A stretch of 63,241 nt of DNA, the filler included, from Thraustochytrium aureum (Eukaryota), in NCBI GenBank assembly GCA_012862495.1. It is 7 parts of 5 records of this genome, joined end to end, with 100 filler letters (N's around TTAATTAATTAA, not from the genome) between each part and the next. Parts side by side here need not be neighbours in the genome. Positions count along the whole stretch, not along the records: positions 21,595 to 44,887 come from BLSG01000314.1; positions 44,988 to 48,137 come from BLSG01000315.1; 5 more parts are not named here. One strand, given 5' to 3'. Position 1 is the stretch's first letter, and each line of letters begins with the position of its first letter. Made by a program: the position numbers and the translations under genes. Shown here piece by piece: positions 34,780 through 46,408 of the stretch. The notes beneath the pieces were generated by a model. It was given only the letters and a program-made list of their open reading frames with translations. It was not told where the DNA came from and searched no databases.

Positions 34780-35634
34780 TCAAGCGCTGCAGAACTTGGC
34801 CAGGCAGATTCCAAAGGCGTCCAGCAACGAGAATGGCGCACTCACACCAACTGCGAATGAGCTCGCATCAATCGCGCCACACTCAAGTAGGACTGCCTGG
34901 CGTGCTGCCGGACCGAGCGAAGAGGCAAACCCGCTGTGAACCAGTTGAAAGTTGTACTTGGACGGCCTCGTGCAGCGACGATCAAACTCAACCAAGCAGG
35001 AGCTGACTGGGTCGTAGCAGCTCTGACGCTCACTCAGGCAGATCGTATGTTCGCTCCCCTCGAGCCGCTTTTCAAGCGCAATGCCCCCGCCAGGGCCGCC
35101 GCTGACCTGAACGCGCAGCACGTACTTGCTGGCTTCCACAAGGGCGCTGTTCGGGAGTAACGTCTGCTGCAGTGCGTCCAAATGGTACTCGTCGGTGCCA
35201 GGAGAGCACCGTAGCTTGCCAACATATCCGCCGCCGCGCTTCGCCGCAGAGCGCTTCAGGTCTCGCGGGTCCGCGCTTATCATGATGCTAGCTCGCCCCG
35301 CTGCGCTCTGCCGATGCTGGCCAACGAGCAGGACCCGCCCCGCTTCGTCCAGCATCCTGTACACGACCGTTCGCCCGAGCCTCCTCCGCTCGCGCACCAG
35401 CGTGCAAGACCGCGCGAAACATGCCCCCGTCCCGGAATCCTGAACGACGCAAGCGAGACCACCATCCTCTATTCCAGGCCACGCCAGTCTCTCCGCCGCC
35501 GTGTCCCGTCCCGGCTCGGCGCACCTCGACTCATCGGCCTCGCTGCTCGAGTTCGTTTCGCTGCTCGTGCAGGCCCACCCGGGCGACCTCGCAACGCCTG
35601 GGCGCAGCGGTGACACAATCGAACGGCCCACCAT
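34780..35634 (-). CDS. Tubby-domain-like protein (divergent)
   Basis: YVGKLR and C-terminal PSKYNFQLV...VLLECG.....F......PFSLLDAFGICLAKF, resembling the Tubby C-terminal signature. Confidence 0.7.
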   Translation of the reverse strand: MVGRSIVSPLRPGVARSPGWACTSSETNSSSEADESRCAEPGRDTAAERLAWPGIEDGGLACVVQDSGTGACFARSCTLVRERRRLGRTVVYRMLDEAGRVLLVGQHRQSAAGRASIMISADPRDLKRSAAKRGGGYVGKLRCSPGTDEYHLDALQQTLLPNSALVEASKYVLRVQVSGGPGGGIALEKRLEGSEHTICLSERQSCYDPVSSCLVEFDRRCTRPSKYNFQLVHSGFASSLGPAARQAVLLECGAIDASSFAVGVSAPFSLLDAFGICLAKFCSA

Positions 35635-36332
35635 CGTCTTCAAAAACTCAACCAGTCTGCCGCAGCCTCCTCGCCACGACAACGGTCCGCAGCCCGCGAC
35701 GCATCGAGCGAGCGCCCACCGCCAGGGCGCCAAGCATCTTGAGCATCGTAACGCACCCAACGGAATCACGTCCCGCTATCCCTATTTACATTCCGCCCCT
35801 TTTCGCGCACGCGCATTCAGTCGACGAACAGCTCCTCGCAGGCTGATCTCCTCGGGACGGGCAACTATGCGGCGGTCTGCGCGAGTCTCTCGGCCGGCGT
35901 TCGCGCGACCTGGCTCGGCTGTCTTTCTTTCTTTCTTGCTTGCTTGCTTGCAGTTGCCTGCTGTCAGCCAGGCTGCCAGCCCACAGAGCTGGGACACTGA
36001 CATGCATGCCATGTCTGTTTGTTGCTCGTGACGGGCGTGTGCAGTGGGCTAGCGAGCGCCCTCTCGTCGGAAAAAGGGCGTAAAAAGGGCAATCTGCCGC
36101 GTTACGAGAGCATGTTTTTGTGCGACGGAAAGTGCGATGGACTTGGATAAGGTGATCGAGAAGTGGAGCCAATGCAGAGCTGGAAAGCGTGGGTCACCCA
36201 GCCCAGAGTCGCATCGGGCAGCGGTCTGGCACGCCGATATCGCGCGCGCGGTTGGCGAAGGGGTTTCGGCTTGGTGGGCGCTTGCGCAAGGCCGGTGGTT
36301 GGCGCGCGAAGGGCCGGCGCCGAAAGGGGCCG

Positions 36333-37130
36333 ATGTGGGCGGCGCACGCACGACGCACGGCGGCGGCCGTGAAAGGCGGACTGCGGGGCCGGGCGCTCGG
36401 GTCGCAGGCCCTCGATGCGCAGGCGCTTGGCACGAGGACGCTGACGGGAGCGTTTTTGAACAGGTCTGTGAAGGACGCGATTTGCATCAACGAGATGGCG
36501 AGCAAGATCNNNNNNNNNNNNNNNNNNNNNNNNNNNNNNNNNNNNNNNNNNNNNNNNNNNNNNNNNNNNNNNNNNNNNNNNNNNNNNNNNNNNNNNNNNN
36601 NNNNNNNNNNNNNNNNNNNNNNNNNNNNNNNNNNNNNNNNNNNNNNNNNNNNNNNNNNNNNNNNNNNNNNNNNNNNNNNNNNNNNNNNNNNNNNNNNNNN
36701 NNNNNAGATCAAGGCCTGGACGATCGAAGAGGACGAAACCGTGTTTGACGCGACGCGGTCCATGGTGGAGCGCAAGACGGGCTGCCTCTGTGTCACGCGC
36801 AAGGGACGCGTCGTGGGGATCCTGACGGAGCGCGACTATCTGACCAAAGTGCTCCACGCGGGGCGCACCTCGGACTCGACCAGGGTGGGCGAGATCGCCA
36901 CCATGGGCGAGAAGCTTATCGTTGCCCGTCCCGACGACCTTCTCCAGGACTGCGTGGACATCATGGTCTTCAAAAACATCCGCCACCTGCCCATCGAGGA
37001 CAACGGGCGCGTCGTGGCCTTGATCGGCATCGAGGACATCGCCAAGGCCCTTGCTGACGAACGCATCGTGACGCTGCACACCTTGGACGAGCTGCGTATC
37101 TCGCAGCAGATGCCCATCCACGATGGCTGA
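36333..37130 (+). CDS. CBS-pair protein with probable mitochondrial presequence; internal gap
   Basis: Arg/Ala-rich N-terminus lacking acidic residues; TVFDATRSM, VVGILTERDYL, IRHLPI and IGIEDIAK motifs. Confidence 0.85.
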   Translation: MWAAHARRTAAAVKGGLRGRALGSQALDAQALGTRTLTGAFLNRSVKDAICINEMASKIXXXXXXXXXXXXXXXXXXXXXXXXXXXXXXXXXXXXXXXXXXXXXXXXXXXXXXXXXXXXXXXXXXIKAWTIEEDETVFDATRSMVERKTGCLCVTRKGRVVGILTERDYLTKVLHAGRTSDSTRVGEIATMGEKLIVARPDDLLQDCVDIMVFKNIRHLPIEDNGRVVALIGIEDIAKALADERIVTLHTLDELRISQQMPIHDG

Positions 37131-37280
37131 GGAGCAGCGAGCGGGCAGTGGAAGCCCACGGGCTGCACTGGCTCGCTCGCAACTCGCGAGCTGTATTATC
37201 CACTTTCTAAAGTCAACTCCAACTCACTTTTTTCCTAACTGCGGGCCCTCTGCGCGCGAGCTGAACAAGTCGCTCGCTCA

Positions 37281-40200
37281 TCACCCTCGGCGCTGGCTGT
37301 CACGCCCCTTGGGCGCGTTCGAATCTTGATCAAGAGCCCAGATTTCGCACGCTGGGGCCCGAAGCAGCGAGTCCGAGTCCAACGCCCTGTCTTCCAGCAG
37401 CAGCGAGCGTCCAACGAAGCCTCGCAAACTCCCCGTCGACAACGATGCTAGCTGCCGCACGATGCTCTCCGTCAGGTCCCACCGGAGCTGCCAAAGCGCA
37501 GCCTCACGCAGCTCTGGGATGGCGCGCAGTGGGTGAGTCGGCGAGTCACGAGCCAGGCGGACCTGGTTCAAAATTTTGGGCGGCGCCATGCTTCTGCCGA
37601 GCCCGGGCGGGACATGCACGTAGGCGAGGCGGCCGCGGAGCGCGAAGCGGTGCAGCGAGTCCGACATCTCGATAGAGGTGAGGACCGACTGGGCCAGCGC
37701 GGTGGGGCTCTGGTAAACGTTAAAGTCGAGCGCGACGAGGACTATCGGAGGCACCACCGGACGTGCGCGAGGCTTGCCGGGGCCAGGGGCGCTGGCCCGG
37801 CCTGCGGGAGCAGCAGCCTCCAGATCACTGGATGGCGGCGCCTTGCTCTGCAACGCGAGGAGCAGGTTGAATCCTCCAACGCACTGATCTGGGCTCTGGC
37901 GCCGTATGTACAAGCGGCCTGGCAGTGGCTCAAATCCAGCTCCAAAGCTTTCGACGCTCTCAACGACAAACTCGCCGGGAAGGACCACGACCGACGAATA
38001 TACGGGGTGCTCCTTGTCGGCCTTGCGCAGTCTTGGCAGAAACGTGTCCAGCGTGACCTCCGCGGAGGTCCCCTCAGCGCATTGGTGCGTAAACGGTCTG
38101 GCCGGGTTGATCCCCAGGACGAGCGCCCGCAGTTGCAGGATGCTCAGCACCCTGTTCGCAAAGTGCACGTTGGGGGACGTAAACGTCCTGGCCTTGAAGC
38201 GGGCAGAGAAAGCGTCCGTCTCGTCTTCGCCGACCAGATCAGGGGCAAACATGGGCCTTGGCCGCGAGGCTTGGCGGTCCCCACTGGTGCCTATCACTCG
38301 CTCGCCAAGCTCGACGAGTCGCCGAGTCAGCGGGTCGACGCTTTCCCACTTGGGGTGGGAGCGCCACATCAGCCACGACAGGGGAGGCACCTCGGGTTCG
38401 TCAGGCGTGCCGCCTAAGAATCCCTCGCGGCGCAGCGCGTCAACGCTTTCCAAGCGCCCTTCGAGCGACTCTCGGGCGTATCTGGCATTGCCACGCAGCG
38501 CGTAGAGCAAGGCAAGCCCTGAGTTTTCGTGCGATGGGTCGAACATCTTCGAGATCGTCTCCAGCCGACCCAACACGTTCGGGTCGGAGCACAGGCTAAA
38601 GCTGAGGTCGCCAAAACTGCGCTTTCCCGACTCTAATAGCGGANNNNNNNNNNNNNNNNNNNNNNNNNNNNNNNNNNNNNNNNNNNNNNNNNNNNNNNNN
38701 NNNNNNNNNNNNNNNNNNNNNNNNNNNNNNNNNNNNNNNNNNNNNNNNNNNNNNNNNNNNNNNNNNNNNNNNNNNNNNNNNNNNCAGCGCTGCATCTGCC
38801 ACGACTTGTGCTTGTGGTAGTCTTGGATCATCTCTTGGACCTGGTTGGGCCGGAGGGGCGGAAGCGGGATGTTGACCGCACGGCGCTCGCTCGCTTCCGC
38901 AGCCTCGACGAGCTGCAGATTGGAAGCGCAAGCGATGACGACATGGACGTTTGGGTCGCGATCGAGAAGCTCCCCCAGCGCCGCCACGATGGCGTGCAAG
39001 TCGTCCTGCTGACCTTGGACGCCGGCGAGGACCTCGTCGATGAAGAGGAGAATTGTGGCCGGTCTGGATCCCGCAGCCTCGCCCTTCTCCAGCCTCTGGT
39101 TGTTGATGTCATCGCGGACCAGCGAGATGGCGCGCTCCAGGCTTGGCAGCGAGGTGCGGTCGATGGCCTGGACAAAGTCGCGGTACCCCGCCTTTCGGTT
39201 GCCAAAGTAGCTGAAAAGGATGCGCGATACGAGCGCGTCTTCGGCCGAGGGCAGCTCGTGCCGATCGCGTTCGCGTGACATGCCGCGTCCGAACGTGACG
39301 CAGACGCTCACAGACTCGCGCAAGACCTCCGTGAACCCCAGCGCGGCGGTGCCCTCGATCGAACAGAACTTTTCCAGAATGTCGTGCTTGACCTCCTCGT
39401 CCGTGAGGCGGCTGAGCATGTGCTTTGGGAGACTGCGTGCCCGGGGTCCTTTTGATTTCCCTGCCAGCATCGCAAGCACCCTCGACGACCCCATCCCGCG
39501 CGTGCCGGAGATGTTGACGATCTCGTCACGCGAGCCGCGCTGGCTCAGGGTTAGGGGCGGCCCGCTCGCCTTTGTCTTGCCCTCGGAGAGCAGAAACCTT
39601 TCGTGCCAATGCTGCAGGACCTTGCGGCCTGCGCGCTCGCGCTGATAGAGCACGGACGGGCGTTCAGGCGCCAGATCGAAGGGTTCGTACTCACTGAGAC
39701 TTCGCCCCGGGTTGAGTCGCTGGAGCGCGACGGGCAAGCGGAGGTCAAGCTTTGTTTGGGGCACAATGAACCACATCATGCGCCTCAGGAAGCTGGCTTG
39801 GGCCGCGCTTTTCTCCGTGCCTCGCTCGCTGCCGGACGCGCCGCGCCGGCGCCGGTCCTGAAGAAGGACCATTTTGAAGTGGTCGAGGCGCTCGTCCTTG
39901 CCCCGAAGAGCCTGCAGGTCGCCACGCAGGTCCTCTAGTTGGCCGGCAGCGAGGTTCATCATCTCGCGGCTCAGGCGCAATTTGGGTTGGTCACGTCCCG
40001 GCCGTCGTCCAGCTCGGCGGCAGCTTGGTAGCACTCTTTGAACATCTCCCACTCCTCCTCCACGAGCATGATTTCCTTGTTAACCCGCCGAATCTCCTTC
40101 TGGACTTCGAACCGCTCCGCCTCGACTGTGGCGAGGTCGCCGTCTGTGGCAGCGGCCGCCGCTTTTGAAAGCCCAAACTCGCGGTCGTTGTTGCTCGTCC

Positions 40201-40438
40201 CAAAGGCCCCAAGCGACGCTAGCCGCCGCAGCTCTTTCAGGCTCAGGTTCTCGCCGCTGCTCGTTGCCAACGCCTTGCTCGAGCGATGGCGAGGCCTCCC
40301 GGCAGCCCTCTGTGAGGGTAGCCGGCCCCCGCCGTGCCAGCCATGCAGCCGCGCGGCCCTCCTTGGCAAGTGCGCAGTTTCAGTCGCTCTCGCGCGAATT
40401 GTGCGCCTCAGCGCGGCAGCGCACACCACCGTCTGCAT
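37281..40438 (-). CDS. Large protein with coiled coil and degenerate Crinkler-type P-loop NTPase; frameshift ~39985, internal gap
   Basis: ISGTRGMGSS (Walker A lacking Lys), VCVTFG, ALVSRILFSYF and ILLFIDEV (Walker B). N-terminus from ATG 40438 is Arg/Ala-rich. Confidence 0.6.
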
Positions 40439-40510
40439 CACACGGGCGGCCGAGCGGCGATCCCAGCCTTTGCGTGTCCCGGAGCAGCAACGCTGGGCTC
40501 CCACAACCGG

Positions 40511-40630
40511 CAGCAGCAGCAGCTGCTGCGCCAGCACCACCACTAGCAACACCTGCAGCAGCACCTGCAGCAGCAGCAGCAGCACCACCACTAGCAACAC
40601 CTGCAGCAGCACCTGCAGCAGCAGCAGCAG
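40511..40630 (+). repeat. CAG-rich low-complexity tandem duplication (~48-bp unit, 2 copies)
   Basis: AGCACCACCACTAGCAACACCTGCAGCAGCACCTGCAGCAGCAGCAGC occurs twice in tandem. Confidence 0.8.
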
Positions 40631-42307
40631 GCGGTCTTGGCCTTCGCGGTCCACGGCGCGCTGTGCGACACCTCGACCGCCGGCTGGCTCGTCGCGTCCC
40701 CAAAACGCAGGAGCTGGACCGAGTCCCTTGAGCAAGATGCGCCGCTCCAAGCCAAAGAACGCAGCCAGGCTTACGCACGGCGTTCAGGCCACCAAGTGCC
40801 GCTATTGCTCGCTCTGCAGCCTCTCCTGCTGGTCCCCGGCAGCCCAATGGCCTGCCGTTCGCGCACTGCCCCTCGACTCAGACAGCCACACCGCCGCACT
40901 CGTCAAACAACATTGAACAAAAGGAGCAACAGCGAACAGCAACGAACAGCAACGAACAACACCGAACAGAAANNNNNNNNNNNNNNNNNNNNNNNNNNNN
41001 NNNNNNNNNNNNNNNNNNNNNNNNNNNNNNNNNNNNNNNNNNNNNNNNNNNNNNNNNNNNNNNNNNNNNNNNNNNNNNNNNNNNNNNNNNNNNNNNNNNN
41101 NNNNNNNNNNNNNNNNNNNNNNNNNNNNNNNNNNNNNNNNNNNNNNNNNNNNNNNNNNNNNNNNNNNNNNNNNNNNNNNNNNNNNNNNNNNNNNNNNNNN
41201 NNNNNNNNNNNNNNNNNNNNNNNNNNNNNNNNNNNNNNNNNNNNNNNNNNNNNNNNNNNNNNNNNNNNNNNNNNNNNNNNNNNNNNNNNNNNNNNNNNNN
41301 NNNNNNNNNNNNNNNNNNNNNNNNNNNNNNNNNNNNNNNNNNNNNNNNNNNNNNNNNNNNNNNNNNNNNNNNNNNNNNNNNNNNNNNNNNNNNNNNNNNN
41401 NNNNNNNNNNNNNNNNNNNNNNNNNNNNNNNNNNNNNNNNNNNNNNNNNNNNNNNNNNNNNNNNNNNNNNNNNNNNNNNNNNNNNNNNNNNNNNNNNNNN
41501 NNNNNNNNNNNNNNNNNNNNNNNNNNNNNNNNNNNNNNNNNNNNNNNNNNNNNNNNNNNNNNNNNNNNNNNNNNNNNNNNNNNNNNNNNNNNNNNNNNNN
41601 NNNNNNNNNNNNNNNNNNNNNNNNNNNNNNNNNNNNNNNNNNNNNNNNNNNNNNNNNNNNNNACTTGCCTGTTTTCATGGCGCTGATGATTTTCCACAGG
41701 AACGGGTGGAGCCAGGAGGACCACGACGCCCTGGCGTCGGCGGTTCACCTTCCCCCAAACCGCAGTTGCAGTCACGTCAGTCGGGTTTCGATGCCGTCGA
41801 CCTGTCGTCGCAGGCAGACGGCGCCATAGAGCGCGCGCTTCTCCGCGCCAAGGGGGCAATGCGCTCTGTTTGTGTGCACGAGTACCTGACCATGCCGCCG
41901 CTCACCAGGGTTTGCGGCTCGAGTTCGGCCCCTGCAGAGGCATCCGTTCCTTCTGACCAAGCGCTTGAGCTGGCGTCTGGTCCAAACGCCGCTCTTGTCG
42001 GCGCCGACGGGACGCCGATGTGCCCGGTTTCGCAAGCGTCGCGCGCGTACGTCGAGCTGAACCGCTGAGCGCATCTGTCCACAACCCCTCCAACGCGCAC
42101 GCGCTCGTGCATCGCCGGCGCAACTGAAACGAACGAGACTTCAGAAACAAAAAACAAGAAATGTCAACGTTTTCCAAACGTTTAGAGAGCTGTAGCGAGA
42201 AGATCCCCGTCGGCCGCCATCGCACAGGAAGGGCTACGGCGGCGCCCTTGCTGCGGTGGCTGAGCGCGCCGCGCCAACGAAACGACGCGCACGCGACCCT
42301 GGCGGGC

Positions 42308-44887
42308 CTAACTGGACATGGGACGCTTTGGCATCTCTTCTGCCGAGCTTGACCCGCCTTGCCGACGGAACAGCGCCATCGAGCGCTTGGGCCGGGCGTA
42401 GGCAAAGTAGGGCGCATCTTTCGCCATCTCCACAACAGTGTCGATGTTGATTTCCACGCCGCTAGGGTCGTCCGCCATCGTCGCCAGAATCTCAGCCCCA
42501 ACGCGGCGCGCGTTCGAGGCCCACTCAGAGTTGTCCGCGAGGGCTTTGTCGACGACGTCGACGCAGCGCTTGAAGAACTTGGAGATGTGCTGCGCAAGCT
42601 GGCCCGTCAGACACCTGTTTTGCAGCGCAGCAAGGACTGCTCTTGATCAAGGAGGCAAACGACGAAAACCCGACACTTACCACCGGAAAGCTCCCGACCC
42701 CGAGGTCGCACATGCGACTGCCCCAGAAGCGCTGGTCAAACAGCAGCACCCCCGTGATTATCACGGGCACGCCGGACATGATCGCCTCGCCCGTCGTCCC
42801 AAGCCCGCCGTGGGCAACGATGGCGTCCAGCTGAGGGAAAAGGCGCCCGAACGGCGCGCCTTTGTCGACGAAAAGGCGCTTCTCAAGCACCAACTTTGCC
42901 GCTCGCCCCTCAATCTCGGCGTCGTTGCCTGGGTCGTCGACGTGGTCGCCAATGAGAGCAAACACGCACACCTTGTTCTTGCAATTTTCGATGATGTGGA
43001 TCGCAATGCGCATGATGTCGAGCTTTTCGACGGGCATGGAGCTGAAGGCGAGGCAGATGATCTTGTGGCGGTTCGCGCGGGCGACCGAAATGAACTCGAC
43101 CTGCTGCTGCGAAAGAGGCGGCACCGTGTCGCCACGCAAGAAGATGTAGTTTGTGAGCACGGTACGCTCGCCCCAGTCGCTGGTCCGTCCAGTCGCAAAG
43201 CGAGCGCAAGGTTAGTGTCGGTTTGTGCCAAGCCAGCCGACCCCCCTCTCCCCTGCTGCCTTGCTGGCTGCCTTGCTGCCTTTTGCCTGCAGCCCGCAAC
43301 ACCTCACAAACCACCCTCGCTTGCAACCGCGCGCTGCACAAGCAGGGCTGCCCGCCTCAANNNNNNNNNNNNNNNNNNNNNNNNNNNNNNNNNNNNNNNN
43401 NNNNNNNNNNNNNNNNNNNNNNNNNNNNNNNNNNNNNNNNNNNNNNNNNNNNNNNNNNNNNNNNNNNNNNNNNNNNNNNNNNNNNNNNNNNNNNNNNNNN
43501 NNNNNNNNNNNNNNNNNNNNNNNNNNNNNNNNNNNNNNNNNNNNNNNNNNNNNNNNNNNNNNNNNNNNNNNNNNNNNNNNNNNNNNNNNNNNNNNNNNNN
43601 NNNNNNNNNNNNNNNNNNNNNNNNNNNNNNNNNNNNNNNNNNNNNNNNNNNNNNNNNNNNNNNNNNNNNNNNNNNNNNNNNNNNNNNNNNNNNNNNNNNN
43701 NNNNNNNNNNNNNNNNNNNNNNNNNNNNNNNNNCGAGCTCGTTGATGGGCACGATGAGGGGCACCCGCTTGGCCTGCAGCTCCGAGTAGGTATTGCTCTG
43801 CAGCGCGTGCAGGCCGTGGCCGGTCAGCCTGCGCACGCCCTCGAGGCCGCGCTTCCTCCGCATGTGGTTGAGCGACCCTATGAGGGGGCTGTTTTCCAGC
43901 ATGACCTTGAGCGAGGCAAACGCCTCGTGCCTGTTGGCCCGTTCGTCGGCCATCGCGCTCATCTTGCGATACGCCGCCTCGTCCAGCGGGATTACCGGCG
44001 CGTACTGGGCCGAGGGGATGCAGGTCGGCTGGAGGATAAAGCCGATCAGCGGGATCTTTAGCGCCTCGCTGATCAGCATCGCCACCGACGCTAGCGTAAA
44101 GCCGAACATGAGGTAGTTGGGCTGCATCGTCTTGGCCCAAAAGTACAGGGCCGGCTCAGAGTCGAAAAACTCTGCCTCGCTCATCGCAAGCATGATGTTC
44201 TGCATCGCACCAGACTGCAAGTTCATTGCCCACTTGGAGATCTTGGAGTCGACGCGGCGTTGCGTGTCCCCGCCGCTGACGCGGAACCGAATCGCCCCGC
44301 GCGGCAGGTCTTCGGCGTAGCGCTTGACGTAGTCGCGATAACGCAGCTCGGTGCAGATCGTGATCATCCAGTTGTATTTGGTCGCGAGGCCCCGCGCCAG
44401 CGCGAGGAACGGCTGCACGTCCCCGCGCGTCCCGCGAGTCATGACCATCAGGTGCTTGTCGAAGCGCTTGGCTTTGTTGCCTGAATGGACGGGCATCGGC
44501 CACGACGACGGGAGCGCAGACTTGTCCACGCCAACCCTGATCAGCGTGCACTTGTCCTCTTCGGCGTTGGTGAGCACACGTGCCGAAGAATCGCTCAGCA
44601 CGAGGTCGCGGTGCGGCCGCCGTGCGAGGTCGCCCACGGAAATCTCGGTCAATCCGAGCTCCTCGTCCTTGACGAGGCGATGCTTGATGAAAAGGCGAAT
44701 GGTCAGCATCGTGTCTCGGGTGACGCCTTCGAGTAGCAGGACCTCATTCCAGGCAATCCCGCTCTTGGGATGCTGCGCCACCGGCCGAGTTGAGACGCTG
44801 CGCGAGTCCCTGTACGAAATCTTGACGTAGTAGTGCGATTCGCGCAGCCCGGGCCGGCTGGACGGCGGCGGGTCGTAGAGCCCAATC
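42308..44887 (-). CDS. Sterol 3-beta-glucosyltransferase-like GT-B enzyme with N-terminal C2 domain; introns (one at 42590-42680), 5' truncated
   Basis: C2-like YYVKISY...WNEVLLL...LTIRLF....DEELG; GT motifs TRGTRGDVQPFLALARGL and LFPQLDAIVAHGGLGTTGEA...FDQRFWG. GTAAGT donor, CTGAC branch and CAG acceptor give a last exon ending at TAG 42308. Confidence 0.87.
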
Positions 44888-45047
44888 NNNNNNNNNNNNN
44901 NNNNNNNNNNNNNNNNNNNNNNNNNNNNNNNTTAATTAATTAANNNNNNNNNNNNNNNNNNNNNNNNNNNNNNNNNNNNNNNNNNNNCTAGGAGCAAGCC
45001 GAGAGAAAGAAACGCATGGTTTTATTTTTGCATCGACTGTGGTCGGG

Positions 45048-45491
45048 CTAGTCGAGTGAGATCTCGTGCCACTCGTCTCCGTCGCGATACTCCACCTTCG
45101 CTTTCTTGCCGCCCGCCGCCTCCACCCTCGCCTCGAACGCGTCCCATGCCTTGGCCCCCTTTCGCCCGAACTTTTGGGCGAAAGCCTCGGCGTCTGACTC
45201 GCCCTGCTTTGTGGCGGGGTCCCTCGAGTAACGATAGACCACCACGGTGACGAGTAGTGCAAACACAACAACACACACAACCACAACAACATGAGTGTCT
45301 TGCACTGGTGTGGTTGGTGCTGGAGTGGTCGTTGGTGATGGAGTGGTTGGTGCAGGAGTGGTCGGCGCTGCTGTTGTTGGTGCTGGAGTGGTCGGCGTCG
45401 CTGTGGTTGGCACTGGCGTGGTCGGCGCTGGTGCTGGCGTGGTCGGGGTCGGTGCCACATTGGTGTCTTGAAACCACCACCATGATAGCAT
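45048..45491 (-). CDS. Small mucin-like (Pro/Thr repeat) single-pass membrane protein
   Basis: PTTPA-type repeats, Val-rich TM (VVVVVCVVVFALLVTVVVY) and a charged tail. Confidence 0.7.
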   Translation of the reverse strand: MLSWWWFQDTNVAPTPTTPAPAPTTPVPTTATPTTPAPTTAAPTTPAPTTPSPTTTPAPTTPVQDTHVVVVVCVVVFALLVTVVVYRYSRDPATKQGESDAEAFAQKFGRKGAKAWDAFEARVEAAGGKKAKVEYRDGDEWHEISLD

Positions 45492-45674
45492 CGCTGAGAG
45501 AGGAATAACCACGACCGTGGCAGTCAAGAGAATTCACAACCACAAGTCGTGGTGGTTGTTGCCGGGTCCCCCAACAAAGCTATAGGCTTCGGTCGGCTCG
45601 TGAGGCAAACCAGACACCATGCTCTAACACTTGAACGAATGATTGTTTTTTTCTTTCGGGATTCGAAATGGGGA

Positions 45675-45995
45675 ATGGATTCTGGATTCGACGGCGACAA
45701 ACTCGGCAAGCCCATCTCGGCGGCGGAGGCGCGCAAGCTGGTGCAGACCTCCGGGGACTACCGACCCAACGATCGCAACTACGCGCTGACGATCAGGAGG
45801 CTCTACAAGATCATCGAGAACGCCGCGAAGGACGGGTGCGACAGCGTCGTCTTCGTCACGCCCAAGTTCATCCTGGACGGCAGCGTGGCAGACCCGATCT
45901 ACCTGGCCAAACAGCTGAAGGCGCGACTGAGCAAGCTGGGCTATCGCGTGCGGCGCGAGGAGAACGTGCTGCGCATCGAGTGGGACGTCGCTTAA
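45675..45995 (+). CDS. Small hypothetical protein (106 aa), resembles a family seen in large dsDNA viruses
   Basis: Clean ORF; YKIIENAAKDG...VFVTPKFILDG......LAKQLKARLSKLGYRV....NVLRIEW. The viral resemblance is from memory and unsearched. Confidence 0.65.
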   Translation: MDSGFDGDKLGKPISAAEARKLVQTSGDYRPNDRNYALTIRRLYKIIENAAKDGCDSVVFVTPKFILDGSVADPIYLAKQLKARLSKLGYRVRREENVLRIEWDVA

Positions 45996-46273
45996 CCCTT
46001 CTTGGGGGCTTTGTTGCGCGAGCAAGAGCAGCGCTCGACGGACTGGCCGACGCGGCCGGGCGCGAAGGCCTCGGCCACATCCCTCGAGATGGGCTCGGCG
46101 CCGCGCATCCGCTCGAATTCTGGGCTGGAGTAGGGCAGCCGCGAGGTGTCTTCAAAGAGGCTCGGCAGGCCTGCCTGCGTGGCGCGCGCCGTGTTTTGTG
46201 GGGGCCTGCCGAGAACACCAGAGAAGGCGGCCTCCGCAGAGTAGAATGCAGCAAACCTTTCCTCTGGTGTCAT
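45992..46273 (-). CDS. Small hypothetical protein (93 aa)
   Basis: ATG at 46273; its stop overlaps the stop of the convergent gene in TTAA 45992-45995. Confidence 0.5.
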   Translation of the reverse strand: MTPEERFAAFYSAEAAFSGVLGRPPQNTARATQAGLPSLFEDTSRLPYSSPEFERMRGAEPISRDVAEAFAPGRVGQSVERCSCSRNKAPKKG

Positions 46274-46408
46274 GCTTGGCGCCTTACTCGATAGAGCTAC
46301 GGGTGGACGAGAAAGAAATCTTGGGCAAGCCAAGCCGTCGCCAGCACAAATGAGACGAGTATTCGCACCCAACTTATTTTCTTATCTGGTCCCCAACGCG
46401 ACGCGCAA

